Source: Deltaproteobacteria bacterium
GTDB lineage: Bacteria > Desulfobacterota > Desulfobaccia > Desulfobaccales > 0-14-0-80-60-11
Assembly: GCA_016874915.1 (NCBI GenBank)
Contig: VGSW01000001.1
Span: 1-62,074 of the forward strand
Length of the DNA stretch: 62,074 nucleotides
Reading direction: 5' to 3'
The notes below the pieces were generated by a model that made no database searches, had not been told where the DNA came from, and was given only the letters and a program-made list of their open reading frames with translations. Made by a program: the position numbers and the translations under genes. Positions 58,777-62,074 of this stretch are shown piece by piece; position 1 is the stretch's first letter; the number at the start of each line of letters is the position of its first letter.

Positions 58777-58956
58777 GACCCTTCGCTTCGCTCAGGGTGA
58801 CAATTCGGGATTATTGCAGTAATTGCAATAGTTTCAAGTTGGCCCATTGGGACAGGCGAGGCTTGGCGGGCACGGAGGCCCGCCCCACCAATGTAAGGGT
58901 TTCATGACGGAAAGCTGCCGGCGCAGGCTGCAGTGGAGCGGAAAACTGAAAACTTT

Positions 58957-59877
58957 CTATTTTCCCCGAAAAGCCGCGATGGTTCGCTTCAGGCCCTCGG
59001 TCAGGCTCATCCAGGGCTGCCAGCCCAAGAGTTCCCGGGCGCGGCTGCACTCCAAGGCGCTGCGGCGCTGTTCCCCCGGCTTGGCCGGGCCGTGCGCCGG
59101 CCCCAGAAGCGAACCGGTGAATTCCTGGAGCTTGAGATAGATGGTGAGGATGTCTGTTTCCACGCCGGTGCCGATGTTGAAGATTCCGGCCCGGGGGTAG
59201 TTCAGGGCCGCCATATTGGCCGCCACTACGTCCCCCACAAAAACGAAATCCCGGGTCTGGAGGCCGTTGCCGTTGATGATGGGCTGCCGGCCGGCCAAAA
59301 ACCTTTCAGTGAAAATGGCCACCACTCCCGCTTCCCCCAGGGCGTTTTGACGGGGACCGTAAACGTTGGCGTAGCGGAGGGAAATGGGAATGACGCCGTG
59401 CTCCCGATGATAGACGCGCAGGTAATGCTCCACTGCCAGTTTGGCCACGCCGTAGGGGCATTCGGGTTGGGCCGGGTCCGTCTCCCGAGCCGGGACCGGG
59501 GCCTCGTCACCGTACATGGCCCCGCCGGTGGACGCGAAAATAATCCTTTCCACCCCGGCCTGAACCGCAGCCTGGAAAAGATTTAACGATCCTAGGATGT
59601 TTTCCTGGGCATCAAAAAGGGGGTCTTCCACCGACATCCGGACGCTCATCTGGGCCGCGTGGTGGATTATGACCTGGGGCCGCCACTGCCGGATAAGGTC
59701 ATGGGTATCCCGAGACTTGATGTCATAAGGATAAAATTGGGCCGGGGCCGGGACAAATTCCCGCCGCCCGGTGCTGAGGTTATCCACCACCGCCACCTCC
59801 CAGCCGGCGGCCACCAGGGCGTCAGCCACATGGGAGCCGATGAACCCTGCGCCGCCGGTGACCAGAGCTCGTTTCAT
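58957..59877 (-). CDS. NAD-dependent epimerase/dehydratase (UDP-glucose 4-epimerase-like)
   Basis: VTGGAGFIGSH. PYGVAKLAVEHY (YxxxK). Confidence 0.87.
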   Translation of the reverse strand: MKRALVTGGAGFIGSHVADALVAAGWEVAVVDNLSTGRREFVPAPAQFYPYDIKSRDTHDLIRQWRPQVIIHHAAQMSVRMSVEDPLFDAQENILGSLNLFQAAVQAGVERIIFASTGGAMYGDEAPVPARETDPAQPECPYGVAKLAVEHYLRVYHREHGVIPISLRYANVYGPRQNALGEAGVVAIFTERFLAGRQPIINGNGLQTRDFVFVGDVVAANMAALNYPRAGIFNIGTGVETDILTIYLKLQEFTGSLLGPAHGPAKPGEQRRSALECSRARELLGWQPWMSLTEGLKRTIAAFRGK

Positions 59878-60014
59878 CCCATCTCCTTTTTTATTGAAAT
59901 TTTATCGTTTTTGACCATTTTTGCTATGGTAATTCCCCATTTTTTTAAGGGATGATTTCGGCTCATTTATCCCTGGGGGAGCCATACTGCCAATTAATGA
60001 TGAAAAGATATTTT

Positions 60015-60073
60015 TGGGGGGAGGGCCAGGGAGCAACGCTCCCTGCCCTCCCCCAACAACAACTTTTCGAAGC
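60015..60073. repeat. palindromic element, same family as 25307
   Basis: ggggggagggccagggagcaacgctccctgccctcccccaacaacaacttttcgaagc. Confidence 0.82.
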
Positions 60074-60319
60074 AAAAGTTGACGATTTTTGCAGGGCTCG
60101 TAAATTTCTTCTCCAATATCCGGTGTCCCCGGCTGAAGTCTGCGGCTACATTAATGCCGGGAAATTTTGCCGAAGCTATTCTAATTTCCAATTTTCCAGA
60201 AAAATTAGGTGAACTCTCCCTTGAACCCTGTTAATATAGGGTCATTGGGAGGATTGACGCAACGTCCTTTAGTTCTTAATTTTTAACGAAGCCGCACCAC
60301 CGGAACAAAGGAGGGGGAT

Positions 60320-61720
60320 ATGCCTGGTTGGGCGCGTCTCGGGGGATTGTTCTTAGGACTGCTGTTGGCGCTGGCGCCGGCGGTGGCCAACGCCGCGGAG
60401 GGTCCGGTATTAACCCTGCCGCAACTCATCAACATGGCCTTGAAATTCAGTCCGGAAGTCAAGGCCAGCAAAAGCGAAGTGAACCTGGCCAAGGAACAGC
60501 GCAACGAAGCCCACGGTTACCGCTATCCGCAGTTTGACGCTACCGTGATGACCGGGGTGGTGCCTAACGCCCGTCTGCCCATTGTCGCAGGAGTAGGCAA
60601 TCCCCTGGTTTATCCCGACCCCAAAAATAAGCTGCACGGCGTCAACATTTTTGGCCGCATGGAATTCAGCGTGGTCCAGCCTCTTTACACCTTCGGCAAG
60701 ATCGCACTCCGGGAAGAAGCCGCCAACAAAAACATCAAGGTGAAAGAACTCGGGGTGGACGCCAAGAAAGGGGAAGTGATCTTACAGGTCTCCGAGGCAT
60801 ATTACGGCCTCATCCTGTCGGAGCAGGGCAAGGACGCCGTGCGGGAGGCCCGGTCTTACCTCAACGACACCCGGGAGCGCATTGACCGTTTGCTCCGGAT
60901 CAATTCGCCCAATGTCCGGGAGACGGACCGCTATCGCCTGGCGGTTTATGAAGGCGGAATTGAAAAATTCGGGGCACAGGCGGAAGAAGGAGTCAAGGTG
61001 GCCTATGCGGCCTTGAAGGCCCTAACCGGCTCCGAACAAAATTTCAAAGTGCCCACAGATCTCCCTGGCCCCACAGCGCCCCAGCCCCTGGACCACCACA
61101 TCCGCAATGCCTTGGATCTGCGGCCCGAGTTCAAACAGCTTAAAGAGGGCCTGGCCGCCCGGCAACTGTTGGTGGACGCCGCCCGGGCCGACCGCTATCC
61201 TTCCTTCTTCCTGGCGGTGGTGGGTCAGTTGGCCGGCGCCCCGGGCCGCAAGCACATACAGGACCCATACATCATCGACTATTTCAATGATAGATACGCC
61301 TTCCCCTTTGTGGGCGCCAAATGGCACTTCGACTTCGGCATTCTGAAAGCCAAGGTCAACCAGGCTAAAGCTGAGCTGGAACAGCTCCAGTACACCGAGA
61401 AGACCGCGCTCATGGGCATCCCGGTGGAAGTGGCCCAGGTTCACGGCAAAGTCCAGGAAAATTACAAGGCCTCGATAGGATTGGAGAAATCTTACGTCAA
61501 CGCCCGCCGCTGGCTGATCACCGCGTTCAGCAACTTCGACATGGGCATCGGGAAGTTGGAGGACATCTTCAATGCCTTTGAAAGGTACGGGTTCTCCCGG
61601 GGCGACTTCTTGATGGCCCTGTATGAATACAACGTAAACGCCGCCAAGCTGAACAAGGTCACCGGCGCGTTCCGCCGCTCCCTGCCGGCAGAAGCTGTCG
61701 CGCTCCCGGCCAAGAAGTAG
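60320..61720 (+). CDS. TolC-family outer membrane efflux protein
   Basis: 466 aa. Signal peptide. Two-repeat OEP pattern (LTLPQLINMALKFSPEVKA..., LDLRPEFKQLKEGLAA...). Confidence 0.78.
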   Translation: MPGWARLGGLFLGLLLALAPAVANAAEGPVLTLPQLINMALKFSPEVKASKSEVNLAKEQRNEAHGYRYPQFDATVMTGVVPNARLPIVAGVGNPLVYPDPKNKLHGVNIFGRMEFSVVQPLYTFGKIALREEAANKNIKVKELGVDAKKGEVILQVSEAYYGLILSEQGKDAVREARSYLNDTRERIDRLLRINSPNVRETDRYRLAVYEGGIEKFGAQAEEGVKVAYAALKALTGSEQNFKVPTDLPGPTAPQPLDHHIRNALDLRPEFKQLKEGLAARQLLVDAARADRYPSFFLAVVGQLAGAPGRKHIQDPYIIDYFNDRYAFPFVGAKWHFDFGILKAKVNQAKAELEQLQYTEKTALMGIPVEVAQVHGKVQENYKASIGLEKSYVNARRWLITAFSNFDMGIGKLEDIFNAFERYGFSRGDFLMALYEYNVNAAKLNKVTGAFRRSLPAEAVALPAKK

Positions 61721-61748
61721 GGAATAGGGGTTAGTTAGGGACAATGCT

Positions 61749-61924
61749 GTTCACTTAAGCACCAAGAGATGAAGCGATTTCATTTCTCTTGTCATTCTGA
61801 GGGAGCCGAAGGCTACCGAAGAATCTCTAAATACGAGATGCTTCGCTTCGCTCAGCATGACAAGAAGACAATAAAATGTAGAGTGGGCACTGCCCACCAA
61901 TTCCTTAGAATCGCTTAAGTGAAC
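61749..61924. repeat. palindromic element, same family, with TTCACTTAAGC outer arms
   Basis: Inner 61791-61861. Outer ttcacttaagc / gcttaagtgaa. Confidence 0.8.
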
Positions 61925-62027
61925 CGTATTGGGGTTAGGGAGTAGGGATTAGTACTACTACGTTAGATAATATCTCCCATATCGCCCATGATAGGCCAAC
62001 CATTGGATATTACTGACAATCAGTTTT

Positions 62028-62074
62028 GTCACCCTGAGCCGTAGGCGAAGGGTCTAGATTCTTCGCTTCGCTCA
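62028..62074. repeat. palindromic element, same family, truncated by window end
   Basis: gtcaccctgagccgtaggcgaagggtctagattcttcgcttcgctca. Confidence 0.8.

Overview
62-kb chromosomal segment from a high-GC bacterium (about 60% G+C by eye). No rRNA, tRNA, CRISPR array, prophage or intact transposase was found. Most genes are housekeeping: argG/argF/argD/argB, hslV and hslU, xerC, a dGTPase-like HD protein, livHMGF, hemL, polA, gatB and mtnA. There are also envelope genes: two L,D-transpeptidases, two tandem OprI/Lpp-like lipoproteins, a TolC-family protein and a BcsA-like/BcsC-like exopolysaccharide pair. Several genes point to an anaerobic lifestyle: an Isf-type Fe-S flavoprotein, a RACo-like corrinoid activator, an AhbA/B-like protein and a hemerythrin. 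I cannot assign taxonomy. Three things stand out. (1) Intergenic palindromic repeats are extremely dense and diverse, about twenty sequence families. Most are built from tandem 7-9 nt sub-units, and they fill nearly every intergenic gap, including gaps inside the arg and liv operons. A ~100-bp MITE-like element occurs five times. (2) One MITE copy plus a 27-nt tandem array sits in frame inside polA. (3) Conserved gene pairs are split by foreign-looking DNA. A very AT-rich membrane-protein gene lies between argF and argG. An AT-rich PIN-like gene plus a cytochrome-b-like gene lies between hslV and hslU. Gene calls rest on motif recognition in the supplied translations. No database search was possible, so all family assignments are provisional.
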